64,000 bases of DNA, taken from the NCBI GenBank assembly GCA_036562445.1, contig DATCKE010000029.1:11240-75239 (forward strand), read 5' to 3'. The position numbers were made by a program, and so were the translations under genes. The notes beneath the pieces were generated by a model. It was given only the letters and a program-made list of their open reading frames with translations, ran no database searches and was not told the DNA's origin. Below, piece by piece: positions 31,066 through 40,740 of this stretch; positions within the stretch are counted from its first letter, which is position 1; each line of letters begins with the position of its first letter. The DNA is from Clostridia bacterium. Its GTDB lineage: Bacteria > Bacillota > Clostridia > Christensenellales > DUVY01.

Positions 31066-34000
31066 TTATTTGAAATATCTGACGCCCGACTCAAAGATTT
31101 TTAGATCCATAGGCAGGTCGATATTCTTAAGTCCGTGTCTGCATCGCTCGGATTGGCCTATAGAGCCTAATATTCTGCCGTCCGGGCTTATGACGCCTTC
31201 AATAGCCCATATGGAGCCGGTGGGATTATAAGCCGCGGCGTTGCCCTTGTCGTCCACAAACTGGCTGAAGATTTGACTGTTTTGCTCTAACGCCTGTAAG
31301 TCTTTAGAGTTTGCGGTAAACCTGCCCTCGGCGGTGGAAACTGGAACGCCGTAGATTTGGCCGACTTTAACTCCGGCCAGCCAAGGCGATTTAGTGGAGC
31401 AAATCTTTATCTTAGCTATTGTCGAAATATGTCGGTTTATGTTGTTTACGGCCAAAGCGGGGCTGTCGGGATTGGGTTTGGAAATCTTTCCAAAAGGCAA
31501 CAGTCCAAGTCTAACCAGGGCGTTAAAGCCGCTGCCTACGCCTATGATAAGCCCGTCTCGCTGTATTAGGTCTTCCACAGCGTCGACAAGCGCGGGGTCG
31601 CTAAAGATTGCAGCTGTAAACTTGCCGGCTGCGGGCTCGTCCGCGCTTGAGAATCCGCCCGGGAAGGCTAAGATTTGGCTGTCTTTTATGAGTTTGGACA
31701 TTTGAGCGATTGAGTCCTTAATTTCTTGAGGCGAGCGGGTTTTGAACACGAAGGAGACTACTTCGGCCCCGGCGTCCCTAAAGGCGCGCTCTAGGTCATA
31801 CTCGCCGTTGGAGCCTAGTATCATAGGGATAAACACGCGCGGGCGGGCGTAGGTAAAGGCGCTGTGTTTAGGATAATCTTGACCATCGTATACGATATTC
31901 TTAACCTCGACCGCTTCCGCCGTTGTAGGGAAGACGTTTTCCAAAGTTGAGGTAAAGCTGGAGATTATCTCGTCTAGAGATATCTTTTGGTTATTAATTA
32001 TAGTATCTCCCGCTAGAGTTACGCCTAATTTTTCATAATCAAAGCCATCGAAGGCTGACAAGTCTTGGGCGCATATCAAGCAGTCGCCCGCGTAGTTGTC
32101 AAAGATTTCGGGCGAAGATGTATAGAATTTGATTCCCAGCCCGTTGGACAGGGCGGATTTTATAGCGGCTACAGCGGCGCCGCCGTTTTCGACGACTTGG
32201 ACATAATCAACATTGCCCGATTTGATATTGTTATGTATTGCCCTGATTAATTTGTTGATATAGTCAAAGTCGGGCATTCCGAAATTGTCTCTTTTTAGTT
32301 TGAGCCAGATGATTTCTTTATCTGCTTGTTTTAGGACATTGGAGACATTATAATTGCTGTTTGTCAAGCCCAAAGCGAAGGATATGAGAGTGGGCGGAAC
32401 GTCGATGTCCTCAAAAGTTCCGCTCATAGAGTCCTTGCCGCCTATAGCGCCCATCTTAAGTCCCAGCTGGGCGGTTAACGCGCCCAAAACTGCCGCTGTG
32501 GGTATGCCCCAGCGCTTGGGATCTTTGCCTAGTCTTAAGAAGTATTCTTGCAAGGTAAGCTTTATAGTGTCGGGATCCGCTCCGCCGCTTACCGCGCGCA
32601 TTACGCTTAAGACTAAGGAATAAACCGCGCCCATAAAGGGGCTTTCCGACATCATATAAGGATTATATCCCCAAGACGCCACCGTGGCGGTGGCGGTGGA
32701 CTGGTCTTCTTTTACGGGCAGTTTGCAAGCCATATAGTCCGCGTGGGTTAATTGTCTTGCGCCGCCTAGGGGCGTTATCAAATTGCCCGCGCCTATGGAA
32801 GAGTCAAACCTGTCTATGATGCCTTTTTGAGAGCAGATGTTAAGGTCGGATAGTTTCTTTAAAATTGCGGATTTGTAGTCGTTTTTGTTTAGATATTCTT
32901 CTATATCTTTTCTGTCGTAGAAGATATTTTTAGAGTAATCGGTTATTTCGGCGGAGGCGTATTGTCTTGCGCCGTTGGTGTTAAGCAGGTTGCGGTCTAT
33001 GTCTATTACCTTTTGGCCTTGGTAATACATAGTCATCCTATTGGTGTCGTTGACCTCGGCGACTATGGTGGCGTCAAGGTTTTCCATATCGGCGTAGCGT
33101 TTTAAGGTCTCAAAATCCTTTTGCGCCAAGACCAGCGCCATACGCTCTTGAGATTCGGATATAGCGATTTCCAACGGGTTAAGTCCGGGATATTTTAGGG
33201 GCACTCTGTCAAGATAAATGGACAAGCCCGGGGCTAGCTCGCCTATCGCTACGGACACGCCGCCCGCGCCAAAATCGTTGCACTTTTTGATGATTCTTGT
33301 TACTTCGGGATATCTAAACAGTCTTTGGATATATCTTTCCAATAAGGCGTTGCCCTTTTGGACTTCAGCGCCCGCCACGTCCACGATGTTGGCGGTGTGC
33401 GCCTTGGACGAGCCGGTAGCTCCGCCTATGCCGTCGCGTCCCGTTTCGCCGCCCAACAACACCACAATATCGCCGGGCTCGGGCGTTTTTCTGACTATGT
33501 TGGAAGCGGGAGCCGCGCCTACCACGAAGCCGGCTTCCATTCTTTTTGCCACATAGTTGGGGTGGAATATTTCCTTAAGCAAGCCGGAGTTTAGGCCTAT
33601 TTGGTTGCCGTAAGAAGAGTAACCCGCGGCCGCCGTGCGGGTGAGCGTTCTTTGAGGCAGTTTGCCTTTTAAGGTCTTTTCTATCGGGACGGTGGGGTCC
33701 GCCGCGCCCGTGATTCTCATAGCTTGGTAAACATATACCCTGCCGCTTAGCGGGTCTCTTATAGCCCCGCCCAAACAAGTAGCCGCTCCGCCAAAAGGCT
33801 CGATTTCGGTCGGGTGGTTATGCGTTTCGTTTTTGAACATTACTATCCAGTCTTCTTCTTGACCGTCGACGTCCGCCTTTATCTTAATAGAGCAAGCGTT
33901 TACTTCTTCGGATTCTTCTAGATTGTCCAGCTTGCCTTGGGCTTTTAGTTCTTTTACGGCAATGGTTACTATGTCCATCAGGCATTGATATTTGTCCACT

Positions 34001-34791
34001 CTGCCTGCATTGTGTTTGTTAAACAGTTTTTGGTATGTTTTATACGCCTTTTCCAAATGCGGGTTGTCGCTGTTTATCTTGATTTCGGTGATTTGGGTTA
34101 AGAAAGTGGTATGTCTGCAGTGGTCGGACCAATACGTGTCAATTACCTTTAGCTCGGCTTCGTTGGGATTGCGGTTTTCCGCCTTAAAGAATTTTTGGAC
34201 GACTTCTAGGTCTTCCACGGTCATAGCGAAGCCGAATTGGGAATGAAACTTAGCCAAAGCCTCTTTGTCCATATCGATAAAGCCGTCTATGGCCTTAATG
34301 GGCTTTAGCTCGTCGCTAAACTGGTCTAAGGAGACGGGTTTTTGCATTCCGCAAAGCCTGGATTCTACCGGGTTGATTAGGTAGTTTTGGATTTTTTTAA
34401 TGTCGTCGTCGGACGCGCCTTTGAACGCGTAGACATTGGCGCATCTAACCTTAGGCCTTTGTTTTTGAGTCAAGAATTGGATACATTGGGCGGCGTTGTC
34501 CGCTCTTTGGTCGTATTGCCCGGGCAAAAATTCGGACGCGAAAGCCTTGTAATCTCTTAAGTCGGGCAAGTCTTCGTAATAAACATTGTCCACGGGCGCG
34601 TCCGACAAGACGGTTTCCACCGCTTGTTTTAGCTCGGCTTCGTCTAAGCCCGCCAAATCATAGCGTAAAAAAATCTTAACATCTTGGATGTTAAGATTTA
34701 GTTGGTAGTTGAGCTCATTTTTGAGCTCTTTTGCTGCGTTGTCAAAACCTTGTTTTTTCTCGATAAAAACACGATAGATTTTTTCTTTCAT
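31066..34791 (-). CDS. purL: Phosphoribosylformylglycinamidine synthase, single-chain large type
   Basis: 1241 aa. Synthetase motifs DHCRHTTF, ETHNHPTEIEPFGGAATC and GGKDSMSG are intact. The C-terminal GATase-like domain has altered catalytic positions (see findings). Confidence 0.92.
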   Translation of the reverse strand: MKEKIYRVFIEKKQGFDNAAKELKNELNYQLNLNIQDVKIFLRYDLAGLDEAELKQAVETVLSDAPVDNVYYEDLPDLRDYKAFASEFLPGQYDQRADNAAQCIQFLTQKQRPKVRCANVYAFKGASDDDIKKIQNYLINPVESRLCGMQKPVSLDQFSDELKPIKAIDGFIDMDKEALAKFHSQFGFAMTVEDLEVVQKFFKAENRNPNEAELKVIDTYWSDHCRHTTFLTQITEIKINSDNPHLEKAYKTYQKLFNKHNAGRVDKYQCLMDIVTIAVKELKAQGKLDNLEESEEVNACSIKIKADVDGQEEDWIVMFKNETHNHPTEIEPFGGAATCLGGAIRDPLSGRVYVYQAMRITGAADPTVPIEKTLKGKLPQRTLTRTAAAGYSSYGNQIGLNSGLLKEIFHPNYVAKRMEAGFVVGAAPASNIVRKTPEPGDIVVLLGGETGRDGIGGATGSSKAHTANIVDVAGAEVQKGNALLERYIQRLFRYPEVTRIIKKCNDFGAGGVSVAIGELAPGLSIYLDRVPLKYPGLNPLEIAISESQERMALVLAQKDFETLKRYADMENLDATIVAEVNDTNRMTMYYQGQKVIDIDRNLLNTNGARQYASAEITDYSKNIFYDRKDIEEYLNKNDYKSAILKKLSDLNICSQKGIIDRFDSSIGAGNLITPLGGARQLTHADYMACKLPVKEDQSTATATVASWGYNPYMMSESPFMGAVYSLVLSVMRAVSGGADPDTIKLTLQEYFLRLGKDPKRWGIPTAAVLGALTAQLGLKMGAIGGKDSMSGTFEDIDVPPTLISFALGLTNSNYNVSNVLKQADKEIIWLKLKRDNFGMPDFDYINKLIRAIHNNIKSGNVDYVQVVENGGAAVAAIKSALSNGLGIKFYTSSPEIFDNYAGDCLICAQDLSAFDGFDYEKLGVTLAGDTIINNQKISLDEIISSFTSTLENVFPTTAEAVEVKNIVYDGQDYPKHSAFTYARPRVFIPMILGSNGEYDLERAFRDAGAEVVSFVFKTRSPQEIKDSIAQMSKLIKDSQILAFPGGFSSADEPAAGKFTAAIFSDPALVDAVEDLIQRDGLIIGVGSGFNALVRLGLLPFGKISKPNPDSPALAVNNINRHISTIAKIKICSTKSPWLAGVKVGQIYGVPVSTAEGRFTANSKDLQALEQNSQIFSQFVDDKGNAAAYNPTGSIWAIEGVISPDGRILGSIGQSERCRHGLKNIDLPMDLKIFESGVRYFK

Positions 34792-36056
34792 AACTTTATC
34801 CCTATATCCTTTCTAAAATGTGATTCCTTAAAATTGATTTTTGAGATATTTTTGTAGGCTAGGTCTCTAGCCTCGTTTAGATTCGAGGCTACGGCGGTTA
34901 CGCCCAAAACCCTGCCGCCGTTGGTAACAAGTCTGCCGTCCTTTAGAGCAGTGCCTGCGTGGAAGACCAAGACATTGTCGTCTAGCTCCCCTATCTCGAT
35001 GGGATAGCCTTTTTTATAGCTTTCGGGGTATCCCCCGGAGGCCATTACCACGCAAACCGCGGCGGAATCTCTCCATTGTATATCTATCTTGTCCAGCCTT
35101 TTTTCGTTTACCGCCAAAAAGATTTCAAAAAGGTCGGTCTTTAAAAGGGGTAAAACGCTTTGCGTTTCCGGATCGCCAAAGCGGGCGTTGTATTCCAAAA
35201 CCTTAATGTCCGAACCGTTTACTATAAGCCCAAAGTAAATAACCCCGCAAAACTCTCTTCCTTCGGCTTGAAGGGCTTTTATGGTGGGCAAAAAGATTGT
35301 GTTATAAGCTTTTTCTTGAAGGTCTTTGGTGAATTTTGGGCTGGGGGCGAAAGCGCCCATACCGCCCGTGTTAGGGCCTTGGTCAAAATCGAAAACTCTT
35401 TTGTGGTCTTGACTGGGGGGCATAGGAATTAGGGTTTGACCGTCCGTAAAGGCTAGGACGCTTACCTCAAAGCCGGTCAAAAACTCTTCTATTACCACCC
35501 TGTCGCCGGATGAGCCGAATTTTTTGTTGAGCATCATATCGGCTAAAGCTTTTTGGGCGGAATTATAATCTTGGCAGATTACCACGCCCTTGCCCAAAGC
35601 CAAACCGTCCGCCTTAATTACCAATGGGAATTTCGCGGTCTTTAGATAATTATCAGCCTCGTCGTAATTGTCAAAAACTTGGTAGTCGGCGGTGGGAATA
35701 TTGTATTTTTTCATAAGGCTTTTTGCGAAAGCCTTGGAGCTTTCTATTATCGCGGCGTCCTTTTTTGGACCGAAGGTCTTATAGCCTTTTTCGTTTAGGA
35801 TATCGACAAGCCCCATAGCGAGCGGATCATCGGGCGCGACTACCACATAGTTGATATCTTTATGCAGGTTAAGGTAAGCCAATATGCCGTCTATATCCGT
35901 GGCGGCAATATCCGCGCATTCGGCAAGCCGCGCTATGCCGGCGTTGCCGGGGAGGCAATATAGTTTTTTTATCTTGGGGCTTTTGCTTAAAGCCCAGACA
36001 ATAGCGTGCTCGCGCCCTCCGCCGCCGATTACCAAAACATTATACTGGTCAGCCAT
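34788..36056 (-). CDS. purD: Phosphoribosylamine--glycine ligase
   Basis: 422 aa. N-terminal VLVIGGGGREHA and an ATP-grasp fold. ATGA overlap with purL. Confidence 0.93.
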   Translation of the reverse strand: MADQYNVLVIGGGGREHAIVWALSKSPKIKKLYCLPGNAGIARLAECADIAATDIDGILAYLNLHKDINYVVVAPDDPLAMGLVDILNEKGYKTFGPKKDAAIIESSKAFAKSLMKKYNIPTADYQVFDNYDEADNYLKTAKFPLVIKADGLALGKGVVICQDYNSAQKALADMMLNKKFGSSGDRVVIEEFLTGFEVSVLAFTDGQTLIPMPPSQDHKRVFDFDQGPNTGGMGAFAPSPKFTKDLQEKAYNTIFLPTIKALQAEGREFCGVIYFGLIVNGSDIKVLEYNARFGDPETQSVLPLLKTDLFEIFLAVNEKRLDKIDIQWRDSAAVCVVMASGGYPESYKKGYPIEIGELDDNVLVFHAGTALKDGRLVTNGGRVLGVTAVASNLNEARDLAYKNISKINFKESHFRKDIGIKL

Positions 36057-36073
36057 TATAACTCCTTTCGAAA

Positions 36074-37621
36074 TTAATGCTTAAAGTGTCTCATCTTGGT
36101 AAACACCATAGCTATTCCATAGCGGTCGCAAGCGTCTATGCTCTCTTGGTCTTTGGCAGAGCCGCCGGGCTGGATAATCGCGGCTATGCCCGCTTTGTGA
36201 GCTTCTTCCACGCTGTCGGGGAACGGGAAGAAAGCGTCGCTCGCCAAAACAGCGCCCTTGGTCTTTTCGTAGCCGCCGCTGTGCTCTATCGCCTGCTTGA
36301 CCGCCCAAATTCTATTGACTTGTCCTATGCCGCAGCCTAGGGTAGTCTTGTTGGCGGTGATAGCTATAGCGTTGGACTTGCAGTGCTTTACTATTTTCCA
36401 AGCGAACTTGAGTTCTTCTAACTGCTCTTTGGTGGGTGCTACCTTGGTCACCACTTGCAAATCTTCCTCGACAAGCAATTGGTTGTCTATGTCTTGAATT
36501 AACAAGCCGCCCAAAACTTTTTTCATATCCTTAACAGTCGGGCAAGGTTTAGCCACGTCGGGCAGCCGCAATAGTCGCAGGTTTTTCTTTTTGGTTAACA
36601 CTTCCAAAGCTTCTTTTGAGAATGAAGGGGCAATTACTATCTCCAAGAATATATTGGACATCTGAACGGCTGTGTCGTAATCTATCTCTCTATTGGAGGC
36701 CACTATCCCCCCGAAAATCGAAACGGGATCGGACTCGTAAGCCGCCCTAAACGCCTCGGATATGGTAGGCCTTATCGCCGCGCCGCAAGGGTTGGTGTGC
36801 TTGACCGCCACTATGGCGGGCTGGTCGTCGCCTAACTCTCTTAACAAAGCTATAGCTCCGTCGGCGTCGTTTATGTTGTTAAATGATAGTTCTTTGCCGT
36901 GCAGTTGAACGGCATTTGTCAAAGCGCTTGGTATATCTTGAGCGTCTTTGTAAAACGCGGCGGTTTGGTGAGGGTTTTCGCCGTAGCGCATACCCTGGAC
37001 TTTCTCAAACGCCAAAGTGATTTGGTCGGGGTATTGGATGTTTAGTATATCGGCTAGGTAGTTGGATATGTAAGTGTCGTAAACGGCGGTGTGCCTAAAT
37101 ACCTTATACATTAGTTTCATACGGTATTCGCAGTCGTCCGTTTTGTCTTTCAACCTTTGGATAGCTTCGTCGTAGTCGGTGGGATCGCATAAGACTAGGA
37201 CGTCTTGGGCGTTTTTAGCCGCGCTTCTTAACATCGTAGGCCCGCCTATGTCTATGTTTTCTATGGCTTCTTCTAGCGTTACATTGAGTTTTTGGATTGT
37301 CTGCTTAAACGGGTAAAGGTTGACCGCCACCACATCTATGGTATTGATATTGAGTTTTTCTAGCTGGTCCATATGGTCTTTTAGGTTTCTTTTGGCTAAA
37401 AGCCCCGCGTGAACATAGGGATGCAATGTCTTTACCCTGCCGTCTAGGCATTCGGGAAAGCCTGTGATTTCGCTTATGTTGATTACAGGAATGCCGTTTT
37501 TCTCAAGCTCTTTTTGGGTGCCGCCTGTTGAGATAATCTCATATCCCAAGCCGACAAGCTCGGACGCTAGTTTTACCACGCCTGTCTTGTCGCTGACCGA
37601 AATTAACGCTCTTTTTTTCAT
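36074..37621 (-). CDS. purH: Bifunctional AICAR transformylase / IMP cyclohydrolase
   Basis: 515 aa. N-terminal KRALISVSDKTG, and a C-terminal end MRHFKH typical of PurH. Confidence 0.95.
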   Translation of the reverse strand: MKKRALISVSDKTGVVKLASELVGLGYEIISTGGTQKELEKNGIPVINISEITGFPECLDGRVKTLHPYVHAGLLAKRNLKDHMDQLEKLNINTIDVVAVNLYPFKQTIQKLNVTLEEAIENIDIGGPTMLRSAAKNAQDVLVLCDPTDYDEAIQRLKDKTDDCEYRMKLMYKVFRHTAVYDTYISNYLADILNIQYPDQITLAFEKVQGMRYGENPHQTAAFYKDAQDIPSALTNAVQLHGKELSFNNINDADGAIALLRELGDDQPAIVAVKHTNPCGAAIRPTISEAFRAAYESDPVSIFGGIVASNREIDYDTAVQMSNIFLEIVIAPSFSKEALEVLTKKKNLRLLRLPDVAKPCPTVKDMKKVLGGLLIQDIDNQLLVEEDLQVVTKVAPTKEQLEELKFAWKIVKHCKSNAIAITANKTTLGCGIGQVNRIWAVKQAIEHSGGYEKTKGAVLASDAFFPFPDSVEEAHKAGIAAIIQPGGSAKDQESIDACDRYGIAMVFTKMRHFKH

Positions 37622-37652
37622 AACAAAACTCCCATATATAAGAAATTATCGT

Positions 37653-38279
37653 CTATATCATCAAGATTGCCTTATTGTTTTCCACCTTGATTTTATCCTC
37701 GCACAATAGCTTGACTACATAAGGCAAGAGTTTATGCTCTATTTTGGTTAGAATCCTTTGCTGCAAGGTGTATTCGTTGTCGTCGGGCTTTACCTTAAGT
37801 TTTCTTTGCAAAATAATAGGGCCTGTGTCCGTGCCTTCGTCTACGAAATGCACGGTAGCGCCCGAGTATTTTTCTTTGGCTTGAATGACCGCTCTGTGGA
37901 CGTTAACGCCATACATCCCTTTGCCGCCAAACTTGGGCAAAAGCGCGGGATGGATGTTTATTATCCTGTTGGGGTAATGGGAAATAAGCTCTTTGGTCAA
38001 TATGCCTAGATAGCCCGCTAAGATTATGTAATCTATATTATATTCTTTTAGGGCTTGGGCGATGGCTTTGTCTCGCTCTTCCGCGCTGGCGTATTCTTTT
38101 TTGGGAAACACTTTATAGGGTATTCCCTTTGCCTTGGCGCGTTCGATAGCGCCTATATCGGGAGCGGACGCCACCAGTAGGACGATTTCGCCGTTTATGT
38201 TTCCTTTATCTATCTCGTCCATTATCGCCTGCATATTGGTTCCGCTTCCGGAGGCAAACACGCACAAGCGTTTTTTCAT
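37653..38279 (-). CDS. purN: Phosphoribosylglycinamide formyltransferase
   Basis: 208 aa from [15 protein letters not shown]. The start forms an ATGA overlap with the purM stop. Contains the NIHPALLP motif. The track's 35-aa N-terminal extension lies inside purM. Confidence 0.9.
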   Translation of the reverse strand: MKKRLCVFASGSGTNMQAIMDEIDKGNINGEIVLLVASAPDIGAIERAKAKGIPYKVFPKKEYASAEERDKAIAQALKEYNIDYIILAGYLGILTKELISHYPNRIINIHPALLPKFGGKGMYGVNVHRAVIQAKEKYSGATVHFVDEGTDTGPIILQRKLKVKPDDNEYTLQQRILTKIEHKLLPYVVKLLCEDKIKVENNKAILMI

Positions 38280-39295
38280 AATTCTATACCTTCGCCTTTT
38301 TTGGTTGAGCCTATTATATACGCTTTTTCGCCTAACTCTTGAGCCGACTTTAGGACTTGTTCGGCTATATCGGGCGAAACGCACAAGACTAAGCCTATGC
38401 CCATATTAAAGGTGTTAAATATCTCTTCCTTGGACATAGCGCTTTTTTCCCATAACAATTTGAAAATAGGCAAAATCTCAAAGGAATTAATATCTATTTT
38501 CGCGCCTATGCCTTGGGGGAAAATTCGAGGAATATTCTCAATAAACCCGCCGCCGGTGATATGCGCGATGCCTTTTATTTTAAAACGCTTGGTCAAAGCT
38601 AAAACAGTCTTTACATATATGCGGGTGGGGGTTAGCAACGCTTCGCCTAAAGGCGCGCCTAGTTCAGGATAGACTTTTTCCAAGTCTTTTTTTTCTTCGC
38701 CGAAAAGCTTTCTTACCAAAGAATAGCCGTTGCTGTGTATCCCGCTGGAGGCTAAGCCTATCAAAACGTCGCCTTCTTTTATGTCCGCGCCTGTGATTAT
38801 GTCTTTTTTATCCGCGATGCCTACGCAAAAGCCGGCTAGGTCGTATTCGCCCTGTTTGTAAAACCCGGGCATTTCGGCTGTTTCGCCTCCAATTAAGGCG
38901 CAGCCCGCTTGAAGACAGCCGTCCGCTATGCCTTTTACTATTAACGCGGCGGTCTCGGGATTTAGCTGCCCGCAGGCTAGATAGTCTAGGAAAAACAAAG
39001 GCCTTGCGCCCTGACAGACAATGTCGTTGGCGCACATAGCCACCAGGTCTATTCCCACGGTGTCGTGTTTGTCCAGCGCAAAGGCGTATTTTAGTTTCGT
39101 GCCTACGCCGTCCGTGCCGCTTACCAAAACAGGCTCGGATATTTTTTCGGACGCTATGGAATACATTCCGCCAAAGCCGCCAAGGTCGCCCAAAACATTT
39201 TGGTCGTAAGTGGCCTTGACGTGTTTTTTCATTAGTTCTACGGCCTTATACCCGCGGGTTACATCCACGCCCGCGTCTTTATATGTAATCGCCAT
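38276..39295 (-). CDS. purM: Phosphoribosylformylglycinamidine cyclo-ligase (AIR synthetase)
   Basis: 339 aa. Motifs YKDAGVDV and GTDGVGTKL. Confidence 0.95.
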   Translation of the reverse strand: MAITYKDAGVDVTRGYKAVELMKKHVKATYDQNVLGDLGGFGGMYSIASEKISEPVLVSGTDGVGTKLKYAFALDKHDTVGIDLVAMCANDIVCQGARPLFFLDYLACGQLNPETAALIVKGIADGCLQAGCALIGGETAEMPGFYKQGEYDLAGFCVGIADKKDIITGADIKEGDVLIGLASSGIHSNGYSLVRKLFGEEKKDLEKVYPELGAPLGEALLTPTRIYVKTVLALTKRFKIKGIAHITGGGFIENIPRIFPQGIGAKIDINSFEILPIFKLLWEKSAMSKEEIFNTFNMGIGLVLCVSPDIAEQVLKSAQELGEKAYIIGSTKKGEGIEL

Positions 39296-39309
39296 AAAAA
39301 CCCGCTCCT

Positions 39310-40008
39310 TTAAGCGCCCATTAAGCGGTTTAGGATTTCTTGGTAGGCTTCCTCGACTTTGCCTAAGCCGAATCTAAATCTGTCTTTGTCTAGTTTTTCG
39401 CCTGATTTTGAATCCCAGAATCTGCAGGTGTCGGGGGAAATCTCGTCCGCTAGGATTATTTTTCCTTTGTAGCGTCCGAACTCCAATTTAAAGTCGATTA
39501 ATTCTATGTTCAAATCTTTTAAATAATCGGTAAGAACTTGGTTTACCTTAAAGGAATACTCGGCTATAGTTTTTAGCTCTTCGTCGGTGGCTAGCCCCAG
39601 CGCCTTAATATGATACTCGTTAATCATTGGATCGCCTAGGGCGTCGTTTTTGTAGCAGTATTCCAAAACGGTGGATTGTAACTTAGTCCCTTCCGCAAGC
39701 CCCAATCTTTTGCACAAAGAGCCCGCAGCGATATTGCGGATAATGACTTCCAAAGGGACAATTTCGACCTTTTTGACTAAGGTCTGCGTATCGCTTAACT
39801 CCTTTTCGTAGTGCGTGGGAACTCCGTTTTGCTCTAAAAGCTTAAATAAATGATTGCTTACCCTGTTGTTGACCGCGCCTTTGCCTAAAATAGTGCCTTT
39901 TTTTAGTCCGTTAAAAGCGGTGGCGTCGTCCTTGTATTCGACAAGGACTATGTCGGGATTTTGGGTAGCGTAAACCTTTTTGGCCTTGCCTTCGTAGATA
40001 AGATCCAT
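39310..40008 (-). CDS. purC: SAICAR synthase
   Basis: 232 aa. N-terminal [11 protein letters not shown]. Confidence 0.95.
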   Translation of the reverse strand: MDLIYEGKAKKVYATQNPDIVLVEYKDDATAFNGLKKGTILGKGAVNNRVSNHLFKLLEQNGVPTHYEKELSDTQTLVKKVEIVPLEVIIRNIAAGSLCKRLGLAEGTKLQSTVLEYCYKNDALGDPMINEYHIKALGLATDEELKTIAEYSFKVNQVLTDYLKDLNIELIDFKLEFGRYKGKIILADEISPDTCRFWDSKSGEKLDKDRFRFGLGKVEEAYQEILNRLMGA

Positions 40009-40047
40009 ACCAACTCCTTTATAAATAAAAAAACCCTTTAAAAAGGG

Positions 40048-40539
40048 TTAGTTTAATTCTGAGTTTAGAATAAGGTCATCGTTGATGACTTTTTCTTTTA
40101 GTTTTGCCTTAAACTCAGTCAACATCTCGGAGATTTGAGAATACTTAATGCCCAGGATTTGCGCAGCCAAAATACCCGCGTTTTCGCCCCCGTTTACCGC
40201 AACGGTCGCTACAGGCACGCCCGCAGGCATCTGAACGCTGGATAGCAAGCTGTCCAAGCCTTCAAAAGCCGAGGATAATACGGGAACGGCTATTACAGGC
40301 AAGGTGGTGTAAGCAGCTACCATACCCGCCAAGTGAGCCGCTTTGCCCGCGACGCAAATAATGACCTCAAAACCGTTGGATAGGGCGTTGATAGAAAAAT
40401 CTCTCGCGATATCGGGTGTTCTGTGAGCGGAAATAACTCTGACTTCGTAATCGATTTTGAAATTTTTGAGGACTTCAAGAGCCGGTTGAACTACCGAAAA
40501 GTCCGATTTGCTTCCCATCAAAACAGCTACCTTGGGCAT
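40048..40539 (-). CDS. purE: PurE, class I signature (N5-CAIR mutase)
   Basis: 163 aa. Motifs GSKSD, SAHRTP and AGKAAHLAGM. Confidence 0.92.
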   Translation of the reverse strand: MPKVAVLMGSKSDFSVVQPALEVLKNFKIDYEVRVISAHRTPDIARDFSINALSNGFEVIICVAGKAAHLAGMVAAYTTLPVIAVPVLSSAFEGLDSLLSSVQMPAGVPVATVAVNGGENAGILAAQILGIKYSQISEMLTEFKAKLKEKVINDDLILNSELN

Positions 40540-40582
40540 ATCCTAACCTCAATTCCAATAGTTTTTTGATGACGCTATGATT

Positions 40583-40611
40583 ATAATAACAAATCAAAAT
40601 GATATAGTCAA
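40583..40611 (-). promoter_or_regulatory. Sigma-A-type promoter for the pur operon
   Basis: On the minus strand: TTGACT (40611-40606), 17-nt spacer, TATTAT (40588-40583). This leaves a leader of about 40 nt. Confidence 0.5.
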
Positions 40612-40664
40612 ACAAAAGCGGTTATTCTGTAGTCGCAAAATAAAAATTTTTTATAATGCTTTGC

Positions 40665-40703
40665 TGCAAAAAAAATAAAATTACCGCCCTTTATTATAGG
40701 CGG
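40665..40703 (-). terminator. Possible terminator after ddl
   Basis: Short CCGCC/GGCGG stem with a 10-nt loop, followed by TAATTTTATTTTTTTT on the minus strand. Confidence 0.4.
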
Positions 40704-40740
40704 CAAATGATAATTGTTTTGCGGTTTTATATGGTAAAAA

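Noticed and set aside
38280-38384. 35-aa N-terminal extension of purN in the ORF track ([15 protein letters not shown]...).
   Set aside because: It lies within purM coding sequence. The canonical PurN N-terminus [15 protein letters not shown] starts at 38279 in an ATGA overlap with the purM stop.
40540-40680. Possible purine riboswitch or PurBox upstream of purE.
   Set aside because: After reverse-complementing the leader, I found no P1/J1-2/J2-3 conserved purine-aptamer elements. The predicted leader is only about 40 nt.
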